In this document: one piece after another, positions 22,065 to 32,600 of the stretch | How positions within the stretch are numbered: the stretch's first letter is position 1 | Layout of the letters: each line of letters starts with the position of its first letter | NCBI GenBank assembly: GCA_963740315.1 | Contig: CAVUDP010000001.1 | Location: forward strand, 1 to 64,000 | Origin: an uncultured cyanobacterium | GTDB lineage: Bacteria > Cyanobacteriota > Cyanobacteriia > Cyanobacteriales > Nostocaceae | Length of the DNA stretch: 64,000 nt | Direction: 5' to 3' | Notes under the pieces: model-generated | Seen by the model: the letters and a program-made list of their open reading frames with translations, nothing else | Told to the model about the DNA's origin: nothing | Databases searched by the model: none | Made by a program: the position numbers and the translations under genes

Positions 22065-22119
22065 TTTTATATTTCCTTAATTATAAGTAAACATTGACTA
22101 CAGAAATTTCACAATTTTA

Positions 22120-22283
22120 AGAGGATGTTTTAAAAGTATCTGGCGGTTAAAACCGCTACTACATAGGCAAAGTCCACCTGCGTGGACTTATGAATTTGAA
22201 ACCCGTGGAGACGGGTTTTGCTTGTGTAGCCGCGATTTAAATCGCCAGGTAGAGTATTAAATTAGACTTTTGAAACATCCTCT
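22120..22283. mobile_element. MITE-like element
   Basis: TIRs AGAGGATGTTTTAAAAGT / ACTTTTGAAACATCCTCT with multi-hairpin core; related core without TIRs at ~37808-37912. Confidence 0.75.
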
Positions 22284-22963
22284 AATAATTTTTTATAATA
22301 ATAATTCTTACTTCTTACTTATAGTTATCTTAAGCACTATTACTTAAATAATCGCCGATACAACCAGACAAAGCCTGCTGCCTATTATCAACGATATTTT
22401 TTTACTCATATTAAGTCAGTGTTTTTGTTTCTACGAAAAAAGTATTATTCGGTGTTAATCCCTTGTAGGTATAAATCTGTAAATTTGTGCTTTGCGATCG
22501 CCACAAGCAATCGAATATTTAACTCGCTTTTAAAAGCAAAGGAATAAACATGATAAAAATCTTTATAGATCGTACATCTATATTATATATGTGTATGCAC
22601 GATAGCGTTCATATAAGCCAATTTGGGATTGATTTTATTACCGTAATTTTAAATAAATATTATAATAAAAATCATATCTACTTATAATCTTGAAGCGCTT
22701 GCTATATAAGCATTATTAACAAAAAAGCTCTGAATATTCTCTTTTTAATTAGGTATTTATCCAGATTAAAAAACGAATTAATAATTGTTCTAAAAAAAAT
22801 GAGCGTATACTTTCGTTAATGTTAATAAATATGTGGCTAATGCATAACATAAATCAGGAGGCTTTATACGAAAAGCTTTTAATTATATTTATAAATTAAG
22901 GCATCTTGCCAGGGTCTGTTAAACCAATTAGCAATCATTTGCAACGGAAATTTGTTCGAGAGC

Positions 22964-23665
22964 TTACCGGCTATCTAGTAAACGAATCAACTCGTCTTTG
23001 ATGATGTCGTAGCAAGAGCAAGAAGTTGACTCTAAACCCGTTCGATTGAGAATTCTGATTCTACCGCGACTGTAACGAATTAATCCCGCCTTTTGAAGAG
23101 CAGTAGATGCTTCGGAAACTCCAGCACGTCGGACTCCCAGCATTTGGGAGATAAATTCCTGAGTTAACATAAACTCGTCTTGCTGTATGCAGTCTTGAAC
23201 GGACAGCAGCCAACGAGCGAGTTGCTTTTCTATGGTATGATTGGCTCTACATACGCCATTCTGCGAAACTTGAGTAAATAGTGCTTGCGTGTAAATTAAC
23301 AGCAATTTTCGTAATGTTTTACTATGAATGCATTCACTTCTAAGTACATCGGCATCCAGTTTCATGGTATTGCCTTTAATTTGCACTATGGCTGTGTTGA
23401 TTGTGGAATCTCCTCCCCAAAAAACGGGAAGACCGACCATTCCTTCATTACCTACTAAGGCAACTTCGATTGTTAAATGTTCATCTACACTAGAAGTAAA
23501 AGAAATCATTGCATCCAGGGGGAAATAAACAAATTTGATTTTTTCTCCCGGTTTGTAGAGGATTTCGGCGGCAGCGAGCGAAATTTTTTCTAAATGAGGA
23601 GCTAGATGCTGATATTCTGACTCTGATAAAGCCGCAAGCAGTTGATTCTGTGATGTGTAATACAT
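22964..23665 (-). CDS. Crp/Fnr family transcriptional regulator (paralog of 21342-22064)
   Basis: Same motifs (EVALVGNEGMVGLPVFWGG, LTQEFISQMLGVRRAGVS); ATG at 23665 preferred over TTG at 23725. Confidence 0.92.
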   Translation of the reverse strand: MYYTSQNQLLAALSESEYQHLAPHLEKISLAAAEILYKPGEKIKFVYFPLDAMISFTSSVDEHLTIEVALVGNEGMVGLPVFWGGDSTINTAIVQIKGNTMKLDADVLRSECIHSKTLRKLLLIYTQALFTQVSQNGVCRANHTIEKQLARWLLSVQDCIQQDEFMLTQEFISQMLGVRRAGVSEASTALQKAGLIRYSRGRIRILNRTGLESTSCSCYDIIKDELIRLLDSR

Positions 23666-23899
23666 ATTAGCTATCCTTGGTTGCGTCGTTAGTAAAAAAC
23701 CGACTGCATCAGGATAGGATTTCAAATATTAAGTTAAAATCTTAGCCAAATGTTAAAAGTTTTTTGAGTATACAAGTAAAGATAATTAATGGTTGATTAG
23801 CGTTAATTCTTTTTTATTACTCATCTAAATAGTACGCCTGACTTCGATTGTTTGTCCGTACTGTACTGTACATATAAGCAGGCAGAAAGCAATTATTTT

Positions 23900-24076
23900 T
23901 TAATTATTTACTCTTAACTTTTCAATTAATTCTTGTACTTTTTTCTCCAATTCTCTTAGAGATTCTTGAGGAGAAGTTTTATCGATGTCGTGAATTAACC
24001 AGTATTCAATATTATCCTTCCACTGAAGAAAACGTTCTTGCATTAAAGGACGATGTTCCGATTCATCGCTTTTTAA
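23900..24076 (-). pseudogene. C-terminal remnant resembling a low-molecular-weight phosphatase
   Basis: Translates LKSDESEHRPLMQERFLQWKDNIEYWLIHDIDKTSPQESLRELEKKVQELIEKLRVNN*; no N-terminal CX5R half, which is replaced by the repeat at 24083. Confidence 0.5.
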
Positions 24077-24082
24077 ATTTTG

Positions 24083-24155
24083 GATTTTAGATACTTCGGC
24101 AAGTCTTACAGTGAGCTACGTCGAACTGCTCAGCACAAGTTTTAGATTTTAGATT
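24083..24155 (-). repeat. 73-bp dispersed repeat, inverted copy of 17443-17515
   Basis: Exact match by direct comparison. Confidence 0.9.
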
Positions 24156-24252
24156 GTCTCATAAGAAGCGCAAAGAAGATTTTCCATAAAGCTTAAAGGT
24201 TAAAAGTCTAATAACTCCTAACTCTTAACTCCTAACTCCTAACTCTTAACTC

Positions 24253-25152
24253 TTAACTCTCTCCCTTTTGTTGAAGCGCTGCTGCGAGATTATTTTGAGC
24301 CATTTTCCATTCTTCGGGATATTCTTGGGGGGTATGAACTTGCAATGCAGCTTTGTAATGATGTATTGCTTTATCAAGGTTTTCTGTATTATCAACTTTT
24401 ACTCTATTACTATAAGCAGTAGCCAAATTATTTTGAATCATCGCCCATTCGTAGGGAAATGTTTCGCGCTGCTGAACTTGTAATGCAGCATGATAGCAAG
24501 AAATCGCCTTTTCTATATTTTCAGCTTTTTGTCCGCGAATGCGATCGCTGTAGGCATTTCCCAAATTATATTGAGTCGCCGCCCATTGTTCGGGATAATT
24601 AGACCAATTAAATACAGAAGTTACCACTTCATAACCGGCGATCGCAATTTCTAGATTATCTACGGGCTTACCTTCATAGAATTCTTGAATCAAACTGCTG
24701 AAAATACCAATAGTTGCAGCGATGTCTTCAGCTTGTTCGGTATTTGACTCGGAGATTGCATCCATTGCCCAATTTGTTAAAACTTCGGCAAATTTATTAT
24801 CTAATAATTCTATATTCTTTTGCAGTAAAGGGTATACGGCTTCTGGATTGCCTTCGGTTTCTTCGGTAACTAACAATGCTTGAACTAATAAATCACCTTG
24901 ATTTTCTGCACCAAAATCGGTTAATGACAATCCCAAAGCTTCGGCTAACTGAGTTGCTGCACTTATCAAAAACTCAGCAGTTTCTTCATTTCCTTCTTTA
25001 GAAAACCCCCGCGCTACTTCGATCGTCGTCTCTACCAAGCCCGCATCTACATATTCGGGTGAGGCATTTAAAGTTGTTTCTTCATCGCTGCTAGCTTGTG
25101 TAAGTAGCTGATTTATGATATCGAAATAAGCCTGAAGCCGCTTTTCATCCAT
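24253..25152 (-). CDS. Tetratricopeptide repeat protein
   Basis: WAATQYNLGNAY / WAMIQNNLATAY TPR units, acidic helical N-terminus. Confidence 0.85.
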   Translation of the reverse strand: MDEKRLQAYFDIINQLLTQASSDEETTLNASPEYVDAGLVETTIEVARGFSKEGNEETAEFLISAATQLAEALGLSLTDFGAENQGDLLVQALLVTEETEGNPEAVYPLLQKNIELLDNKFAEVLTNWAMDAISESNTEQAEDIAATIGIFSSLIQEFYEGKPVDNLEIAIAGYEVVTSVFNWSNYPEQWAATQYNLGNAYSDRIRGQKAENIEKAISCYHAALQVQQRETFPYEWAMIQNNLATAYSNRVKVDNTENLDKAIHHYKAALQVHTPQEYPEEWKMAQNNLAAALQQKGES

Positions 25153-25465
25153 TAGATATAAAAACCTATTTTTTCTGCTTTATTAGAAAACTATCCATAA
25201 AGGAAAGATTTTTTTCAAGAGTGGATAATACATTTGGTGGTAAATCGTATCTGACATTTTTCTTGTAGGGTGTGTGACGCATTTATCTCGTTTGAACGTA
25301 GCAACGCCGGTTTGTAGCGTCACGCACCATCAACCATTTGTGACAATATCGTAAGTCTTGTTGTATATATATAATTTTTGGTTTTAACTAATAACGTTTG
25401 AAAGACGTAGCAGTGCTACGTCTCTACATTACATTTTTTGCGATCGAATATTCTATTTCAATTAA

Positions 25466-27109
25466 TTAAACCGCACAATTCAATTCTCCGGCTCTTCTAG
25501 TAAACTGCATATTTTCGCGATAATCGACACGACAATCAATTACTGCTGGAACATCTTGCGCCAATGCTTCTTTAAGAATGGGAACAAAATCGGTAGCCGA
25601 TTCAACTCGATAACCTTTCAATCCCATACTTTCGGCAAATTTTACAAAGTCGGGATTACCAAATTTAATAAAAGATGCTTTACCTTCGCCAAATTGATTT
25701 TCCTGTTTCCACTCAATTAAACCATAACCGCCATCATTAAAAACTAACGTTACAAATGGCGTACCAACTCGCAAAGCTGTTTCTAATTCCTGACAGTTCA
25801 TCATAAAACCACCGTCACCGCTAACGGCAACAACTTTACGATTGGGATGAACTAGTTTCGCGGCTAAAGCACCGGGAATTGCGATTCCCATCGCTGCAAA
25901 ACCATTAGAAATAATACAGGTATTGGGGCTATGACAGTGATAGTGACGGGCAACCCACATTTTATGTGCGCCGACATCAGATATAACAATATCTTCTGGT
26001 CCCATCACCTGCCGCAAGTCGTAAATTAACTTTTGCGGTTTCATCGGGAATGCATCATCTTTAGCGTAACGCTCGTAATCTTCACGAATATTTTCCCTTA
26101 ACTTAATCGCATAAGGTTGGGCTTTCTCACGTCTATTTGCTACCTTTAAAATTTCATTTAAAGAATCGGTTATATCACCAACAACTTCCACTTCCGGAAT
26201 ATAGCTGCTATCAATTTCCGCTAACTTTGAAGCAATATGAATAATTGGAATATTACCATCGGGATTCCATTTTTTAGGTGAAAATTCAATTAAATCGTAA
26301 CCAATTGCAATCACTAAGTCAGTATTATCAAAACCACAAATACTGAAATCCCGTTGCTGCAATCCTACCGTCCATAAAGCCAAAGGATGAGTATAAGGAA
26401 TTATCCCTTTACCCATAAAAGTATTGGCAACCGGAATATTTAAATCGGTAGCGAATTGAGTTACCGCATCGCTAGCTTTGGCACGAATTGCTCCATTACC
26501 AACTAAAATTATCGGATTTGTAGCTTGAGAAATTGCCGCAGCGGCAGCTCTGGTAGTTGCAAAAGAAGCATAAGTTTTTTCTTCATTATCCTTACGCAAA
26601 GGCTTACCTTCTACCGGCATTGCGGCGATATTTTCTGGTAAGTCAATATGTACCGCACCGGGCTTTTCTCTTTGCGCTCGTTTAAAAGCTTTGCGGACAA
26701 TTTCCGGCGTAATACTCGGACGAACAATTTGCTTGTTCCACTTAGTCACTGGAGCAAACATTGCTACTAAATCTAAATATTGATGAGATTCGATATGCAT
26801 TCTATCGGTTCCCACCTGTCCGGTAATTGCTACCAACGGCGCACCATCAAGGTTTGCATCTGCCACCCCAGTCATCAAATTAGTGGCACCGGGACCAAGT
26901 GTAGAAAGACACACGCCAGCCTTCCCCGTCAAACGTCCGTAGACATCCGCCATAAAAGCCGCACCTTGTTCGTGACGGGTAGTAATAAACTTAATCGGAG
27001 ATTTTTTCAAAGCCTCCAAAACGTGTAAATTCTCTTCACCGGGGAGTCCAAATACATATTCCACCCCTTCGTTTTCCAAACATTTAACTAGTAATTCTGC
27101 TGTATCCAT
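25466..27109 (-). CDS. ThDP enzyme of acetolactate-synthase family; probable 2-oxoglutarate decarboxylase
   Basis: RHEQGAAFMA and GDGGFMMN..N ThDP motif; downstream of SSADH as in the cyanobacterial TCA bypass. Confidence 0.85.
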   Translation of the reverse strand: MDTAELLVKCLENEGVEYVFGLPGEENLHVLEALKKSPIKFITTRHEQGAAFMADVYGRLTGKAGVCLSTLGPGATNLMTGVADANLDGAPLVAITGQVGTDRMHIESHQYLDLVAMFAPVTKWNKQIVRPSITPEIVRKAFKRAQREKPGAVHIDLPENIAAMPVEGKPLRKDNEEKTYASFATTRAAAAAISQATNPIILVGNGAIRAKASDAVTQFATDLNIPVANTFMGKGIIPYTHPLALWTVGLQQRDFSICGFDNTDLVIAIGYDLIEFSPKKWNPDGNIPIIHIASKLAEIDSSYIPEVEVVGDITDSLNEILKVANRREKAQPYAIKLRENIREDYERYAKDDAFPMKPQKLIYDLRQVMGPEDIVISDVGAHKMWVARHYHCHSPNTCIISNGFAAMGIAIPGALAAKLVHPNRKVVAVSGDGGFMMNCQELETALRVGTPFVTLVFNDGGYGLIEWKQENQFGEGKASFIKFGNPDFVKFAESMGLKGYRVESATDFVPILKEALAQDVPAVIDCRVDYRENMQFTRRAGELNCAV

Positions 27110-27301
27110 TGTGATTCCCCTGCTTTAGATTTTAGATTTTAGATTTTAGATTTTGGATTATTCTCTTGAAACAAGAGCGTGACGGTTTTGGATTTTAGAT
27201 TTTAAATAATAGTTCTAAAATTTATGAATTTTAGATTATCCCTTGAATGATAAGCCAGAGGCTTATTTTTCAATCCAAAATCCAAAATCCAAAATCCAAA
27301 A

Positions 27302-28669
27302 TTATTTCACCCACACAGTTTTAACATTGACAAACTCATGTATGCCTTGAATGCTTAATTCTCTTCCATAGCCGGAAAGTTTGGTACCACCAAAGGGTAG
27401 TCGGGGATCGGATTTGACTAAGCCGTTGATAAATACAGCCCCCGCCTCGATTTCAGAGATTAAGCGCTGTTGTTCTGCGGTATCGGTTGTCCAAGCACTC
27501 GCACCCAAACCAAAGGGTGTATTATTTGCAATTGTTATAGCTTCATCAATATCTTTTACCCGGAATAACATCGCCACAGGACCAAAAAATTCTTCTTTAG
27601 CCGTGGCAGAATCGGGAGAGATATCGGTGAGAATTGTTGGTGGATAATAATTTCCTTTCATATTTGATAAAGGCTTTCCTCCCATCAATACTTTGGCATT
27701 GCTATTGAGAGAATTTTGCACTTGTTCGTCTAAATCTTTGAGAATATCGGGAGTAGCTAAAGGACCGATATCAGTATCCATCTGCATGGGATCGCCAATT
27801 TTCAATGCCTGAAAATGTTCTAACAGCAATTTTTCAAATTTGTCAGCAACAGTTTCCGCCACAATAAAGCGTTTTGCTGCTATACAAGATTGACCGTTAT
27901 TCAACATTCTGGCTTTAGTTCCCGTGATAGCCGCAGTTTCAATGTCAGCACTTGCTAACACGATAAACGGATCGCTTCCTCCCAATTCTAAAACCGTTTT
28001 TTTGATATGTTTTCCCGCTGCTGCTGCTAAAGATGCTCCCGCACCTTCGCTTCCCGTCAAAGTGGCAGCCTTAACGCGATCGTCAGCAATTATATTTGCT
28101 ACCTTGTCCGAACCTATCAATAAACTTTGAAAAACGCCCTGGGGAAAACCCGATCGCTGAATAATATTTTCAATAGCTAACGCGCACTGAGGCACATTAG
28201 AAGCGTGTTTGAGCAAACCGACATTACCAGCCATCAGCGCCGGAGCCACAAAGCGAAACACCTGCCAAAACGGGAAATTCCACGGCATTACCGCCAAAAT
28301 TATCCCTAAAGGTTGGTATTTAACATAACTTTTATTTGCATCGGTTTCTACCGAAAGATCGGCTAAGAATTCAGCAGCCTTATCCGCATAATAACGGCAT
28401 ACCGAAGCGCACTTTGACACCTCAGCCATAGCGCTTTTATAAGGCTTACCCATTTCCAAAGTCATTATCTTGGCAAAATCCGCCTTATCTTGCTCTAAAA
28501 TATCAGCAGCCTTGTGCATCCACTCAGAGCGTTGCCCAAAACTCGTCTGGCGGTAATCCTTGAAAGCTTCATGGGCGGTGGATATAGCATTCTTCACTTC
28601 CGCATCACTTAAAGACTCAAAAGTCTTGAGAGTTTCTCCAGTCGCAGGATTTATCGTGGCGATCGCCAT
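27302..28669 (-). CDS. gabD: NAD(P)-dependent succinate-semialdehyde dehydrogenase
   Basis: PWNFP, LELGGSDP, GQSCIAAKR, EEFFGP ALDH motifs. Confidence 0.9.
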   Translation of the reverse strand: MAIATINPATGETLKTFESLSDAEVKNAISTAHEAFKDYRQTSFGQRSEWMHKAADILEQDKADFAKIMTLEMGKPYKSAMAEVSKCASVCRYYADKAAEFLADLSVETDANKSYVKYQPLGIILAVMPWNFPFWQVFRFVAPALMAGNVGLLKHASNVPQCALAIENIIQRSGFPQGVFQSLLIGSDKVANIIADDRVKAATLTGSEGAGASLAAAAGKHIKKTVLELGGSDPFIVLASADIETAAITGTKARMLNNGQSCIAAKRFIVAETVADKFEKLLLEHFQALKIGDPMQMDTDIGPLATPDILKDLDEQVQNSLNSNAKVLMGGKPLSNMKGNYYPPTILTDISPDSATAKEEFFGPVAMLFRVKDIDEAITIANNTPFGLGASAWTTDTAEQQRLISEIEAGAVFINGLVKSDPRLPFGGTKLSGYGRELSIQGIHEFVNVKTVWVK

Positions 28670-28885
28670 TTTTTCACCCCTCGATTAAATAGTGTGAGGT
28701 AACTTCATAGTCTTACACAAATTTTTTAAAAGCTACCACCACTTTTGGGAGGAGATGGGGGAGATGGGGGGATGGGGGGATGGGGAGATGGGGAGATGGG
28801 GAGATGGGGAGATGGGGGGAAATCTCAACCTTTGACCTTTAACCTTTTGATTTACAATTGCATAGGAATAATTTGCGGGTGAATC

Positions 28886-29209
28886 ATGGCAGATATTCAA
28901 GTAGCAGTTGAGGGTGAGGATTCGGTTGCAGCTACGGAGGCACTTTTGTCAATTTCGGGTGTGTCGGGAAGCTATGTTACACCCGCAGAAAACGAAAGAG
29001 AGCCAACGGTTACGACTATTGCAACTATTGTGGGGATTGTTGGGGGTACAATGGCGATCGCCGAACAAATTCGTAAGTGGTATCTCGAATATAAGCAGCA
29101 CAAATCTGGTAAAAAAATTGCCAAGGTGTTGATTGTGGGCAAGAATGGCGAAAGGTTGATTTTGGAAGGTGCTACAGCCGAACAAATTCAGCGGATTTTG
29201 AGCAGTTAA
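28886..29209 (+). CDS. Small EACC1-like protein with central hydrophobic helix
   Basis: 107 aa; acidic N-domain, linker ..ENER, helix TVTTIATIVGIVGGTMAIAEQIRKWY, C-terminal beta-hairpin plus helix; upstream of the CHAT gene. Family call is by pattern only. Confidence 0.6.
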   Translation: MADIQVAVEGEDSVAATEALLSISGVSGSYVTPAENEREPTVTTIATIVGIVGGTMAIAEQIRKWYLEYKQHKSGKKIAKVLIVGKNGERLILEGATAEQIQRILSS

Positions 29210-29227
29210 TCTATTTTCTTACAATAT

Positions 29228-29523
29228 CACCTTGGAATAAATTCCCAGGAAGCAATTAGCCAAAGTCCATTAAAATTCACATCTTGCACCATTCTTAAAA
29301 AGCCTTCACAACCGCCTTGGAATAAATTCCCAGGCTCAAAAACAAAGTCTGATAAATCAGACTGGGTAGGACTTATAGTACGTTTTAACGTACTTTGTAT
29401 GTGAGCCTTGAAATTTATTTCAAGGTGGATTTGCGGGCTTACTAAGAATGGACTGCAATTTTTTTAATTTAGTCGTCTTCAGACGACTTTAGCTATTAGC
29501 CTGCGGTTTGAACCCCAGGTGAT
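29228..29523. mobile_element. Nested MITE/REP-like elements
   Basis: Outer element (CACCTTGG...CCAGGTGA; AGTCCATT/AATGGACT split) interrupted by an inner element starting ATCTTGCACC, related to 32865-33040. Confidence 0.65.
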
Positions 29524-29637
29524 TGTGATGGCTAAACGAAAACAATCCATTAACTAACCTAATCAATCCCGAAAACATCCGAAACTATAGTTGTTACCAT
29601 TGAAGATAATATTTGGCATCCCCATTTTCCCGGATTC

Positions 29638-32600
29638 ATGCAAATCCTTCACTTCGATCTTAAGTCAACTCAGGATAATTACGTAGAATTACATTACTTT
29701 GAAAGTAATCCGAATCACTATAAAAGCCGCTCTCTACCTTTAACGGAAATTGCCGATTTGATTCAATTAGCAGAACGAGATTACTATATTCCTTTACCAG
29801 AAGACTATACGAAGACGGGACAAAAGCTATTTAATTGGTTGGATGGAAATGACAGGTTTCTACAACAATTACTCGATAAGCACCGGGGAAAAGGGGTTGT
29901 TTTAGCCATCAGTACGTCGGAAAATATCGCACATCTACCGTGGGAATTATTGCACGATCGCAATTGTTTCCTGGTAGAAAGAAAACCAGCGGTAATTCCG
30001 GTAAGGTGGGTTTCTTCAGATACGATAAAGCAGTTATCAATCCAAGCAGAGCCAGAAAATCGAGCGCTGCAAATGTTGTTTATGGCAGCTTCCCCTTTGA
30101 GCGTGCAACCCGTTTTGGATTTTGAGCGGGAAGAAGCCAGCATTTTGAAGGTGACAGCGCGACAACCTTTAACGTTGACGGTGGAGGAAAGCGGCTGTTT
30201 GGAGGAGTTGGGATTTTTAGTAGGAGATTATGGAAAAGAAGATGGAAAAGGTTATTTTGATGTTTTACATTTAACTGGTCATGGGACAATAAAGGATGAT
30301 GGGACACCAGTTTTTATTACAGAATCGGCGACGGGTGAAGCTGTAGAATCCACTGCCGAGGATATCGCTACAGAATTACAGTTTCAGCTACCCAAATTAA
30401 TTTTCCTTTGCGGTTGTCGTACCGGACAAGCGGGTAATAGTGGTACGGTACCTTCAATGGCTGAATCATTGCTGAATGCTGGTGCTACTGCGGTTTTGGG
30501 TTGGGGAGAAAAGGTTTTAGATACCGATGCAACCGCTGCTGCTGCGGCTTTATATCAAGCATTATCGGCGGGAAAGCTGTTAACTGAAGCTTTGGCTTTG
30601 ACTTACCAAGATTTAATTAAGAATAAAGCGCGAGATTGGCATTTATTACGGTTGTATGTAGGGGATAGTTTACCAGGGAATTTGGTGACATCTTTACGCA
30701 CTAGGGGAAGAAAACCAGCACCACCCGCTTCGTTTAGTACGAAATTTTTAGATGTTGCGGGTAAGGTGAAAGTCCCTACCAGAGAAAGTTTTGTTGGTAG
30801 AAGACGACAGTTACAGCGTTGTTTGCGGAGTTTAATTAATCCCTCAGCAGAAGAAATTGGGGTGTTAATTCATGGAATGGGTGGATTGGGTAAAAGTAGT
30901 TTAGCTGCAAGATTATGTGACAGGTTAACTAATTTTCAGCGCGTTGTTTGGGTGGGAGCAATTGACGAAGCAAGTTTAGTAAATCGTTTGACGGAGAAGT
31001 TAGATAATCAAACCTTGCGAGAAACGCTGCAAAATCCAAATGAAGAATTAAAGTTTCGTTTAAAAAGGGTTTTTGGTTGGTTACAAGAAACGGCGAATAA
31101 TCCTTTTTTACTTGTATTAGACGACTTTGAAGCCAACTTAGAACCCCGCAACGACAGTTATATATTGCTTCCAGTTGCAGCACAGGTATTATCAGATTTA
31201 GTTTGGGCAATTAACGAAAGTTATGATTTAGATAAAATCATAATTACCTGTCGCTATGACTTTGAATCAACTTACTTACAGCACTTCTACAAACAACCCT
31301 TAGAAGGAATGCATGGTGCAGACTTGCGAAAAAAGCTTAATCGTCTCGCTGCTTTTAAGGAACAATCCCAGGTAGACGAGACATTACAAGCGAAAGCGCA
31401 ACAGTTAGCAGATGGTAATCCTCGGTTGTTGGAATGGTTGGATAAACTATTGCTCTCACATCGGGATTTACCCACGGATAACCTAACTACAGTCATTGCG
31501 ACGCAAGGAAGCAATCCCAAACACCTGACTTCTGGTAACGAGTGCATAAGTCTTACTAAGGTTGATGTTGCAGCAATTTTGAATAAATTGGAAGTTGATT
31601 CTGTAGAATTGCGGCAACAGGTATTAGCTGAAAAATTGTTGCAGCAGATGGATAATACCATGCGAGAAATGTTGCAACTCGGTTTGGTATTTGAGTTACC
31701 AGTACCCAAGGAAGCTTTAGAATCAGTTTGTGATATTGCGGATTTGAATAAGTATATAGATAAAGCTGTAGCGCTAGGTTTATTGGAAGTTAGCCCGGAT
31801 GAGTCGTTACGGGTGCCGAGAATTTTACCTTTGGAGAAAACTACGACACAAAGCAATCGCGAAATATTTAAAATAGCAGCACAGGTTTTATATCGGTTGT
31901 GGTGGGAAGATGTAGAAAGTTATATAGAAGAGCAAGCATTAGAAATTCATCGCTTGGCTTTGTTGGGGAGAGAAACCGAAATTGCTGGTAATTTAGCATC
32001 TAATCTAGCAAATCAATGGTGGCACAAAGGTCGTTATAGAGAAACAGTAGAGCTTTGTCAATCAACTTTAGAAATTATAGAAGATTATCGCGTTCTTAAG
32101 GAGATGGCTTATTGTCAGCAACAATTAGGTGAAGTTGAACAAGCATTCAATAATTATCAACAAGCTAAAACACTTTGTCCATTGGAAAATGAAGCAGAGA
32201 CAGCAAGCATTTGTCATTATTTAGCAGGTATTTACGCCAGCCGTGGTGATGTGGATGATGCGATCGCGCTTTATCAACAGTCTTTGGAGTTAAAAGAAAA
32301 AATTGGTGACGTACAAGGAAAAGCAGCTTCGTTACACAATCTTGCAGGTATTTACGCGAGCCGTGGTGATGTGGATGATGCGATCGCGCTTTACCAACAG
32401 TCTTTGGATTTAAATGAAAGAATTGGTGACGTACAAGGAAAAGCTGCTTCGTTACACAATCTTGCAGATATTTACGCGAGCCGTGGTGATGTGGAAGATG
32501 CGATCGCTCTTTTCCAACAATCTTTGGAATTAAAAGAAAAAATTGGTGACGTACAAGGAAAAGCTGCTTCGTTATGTATGTTAGGACAACTTTTAGCTGA

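Noticed and set aside
25466..27109. ilvB acetolactate synthase
   Set aside because: SSADH linkage points to 2-oxoglutarate decarboxylase.
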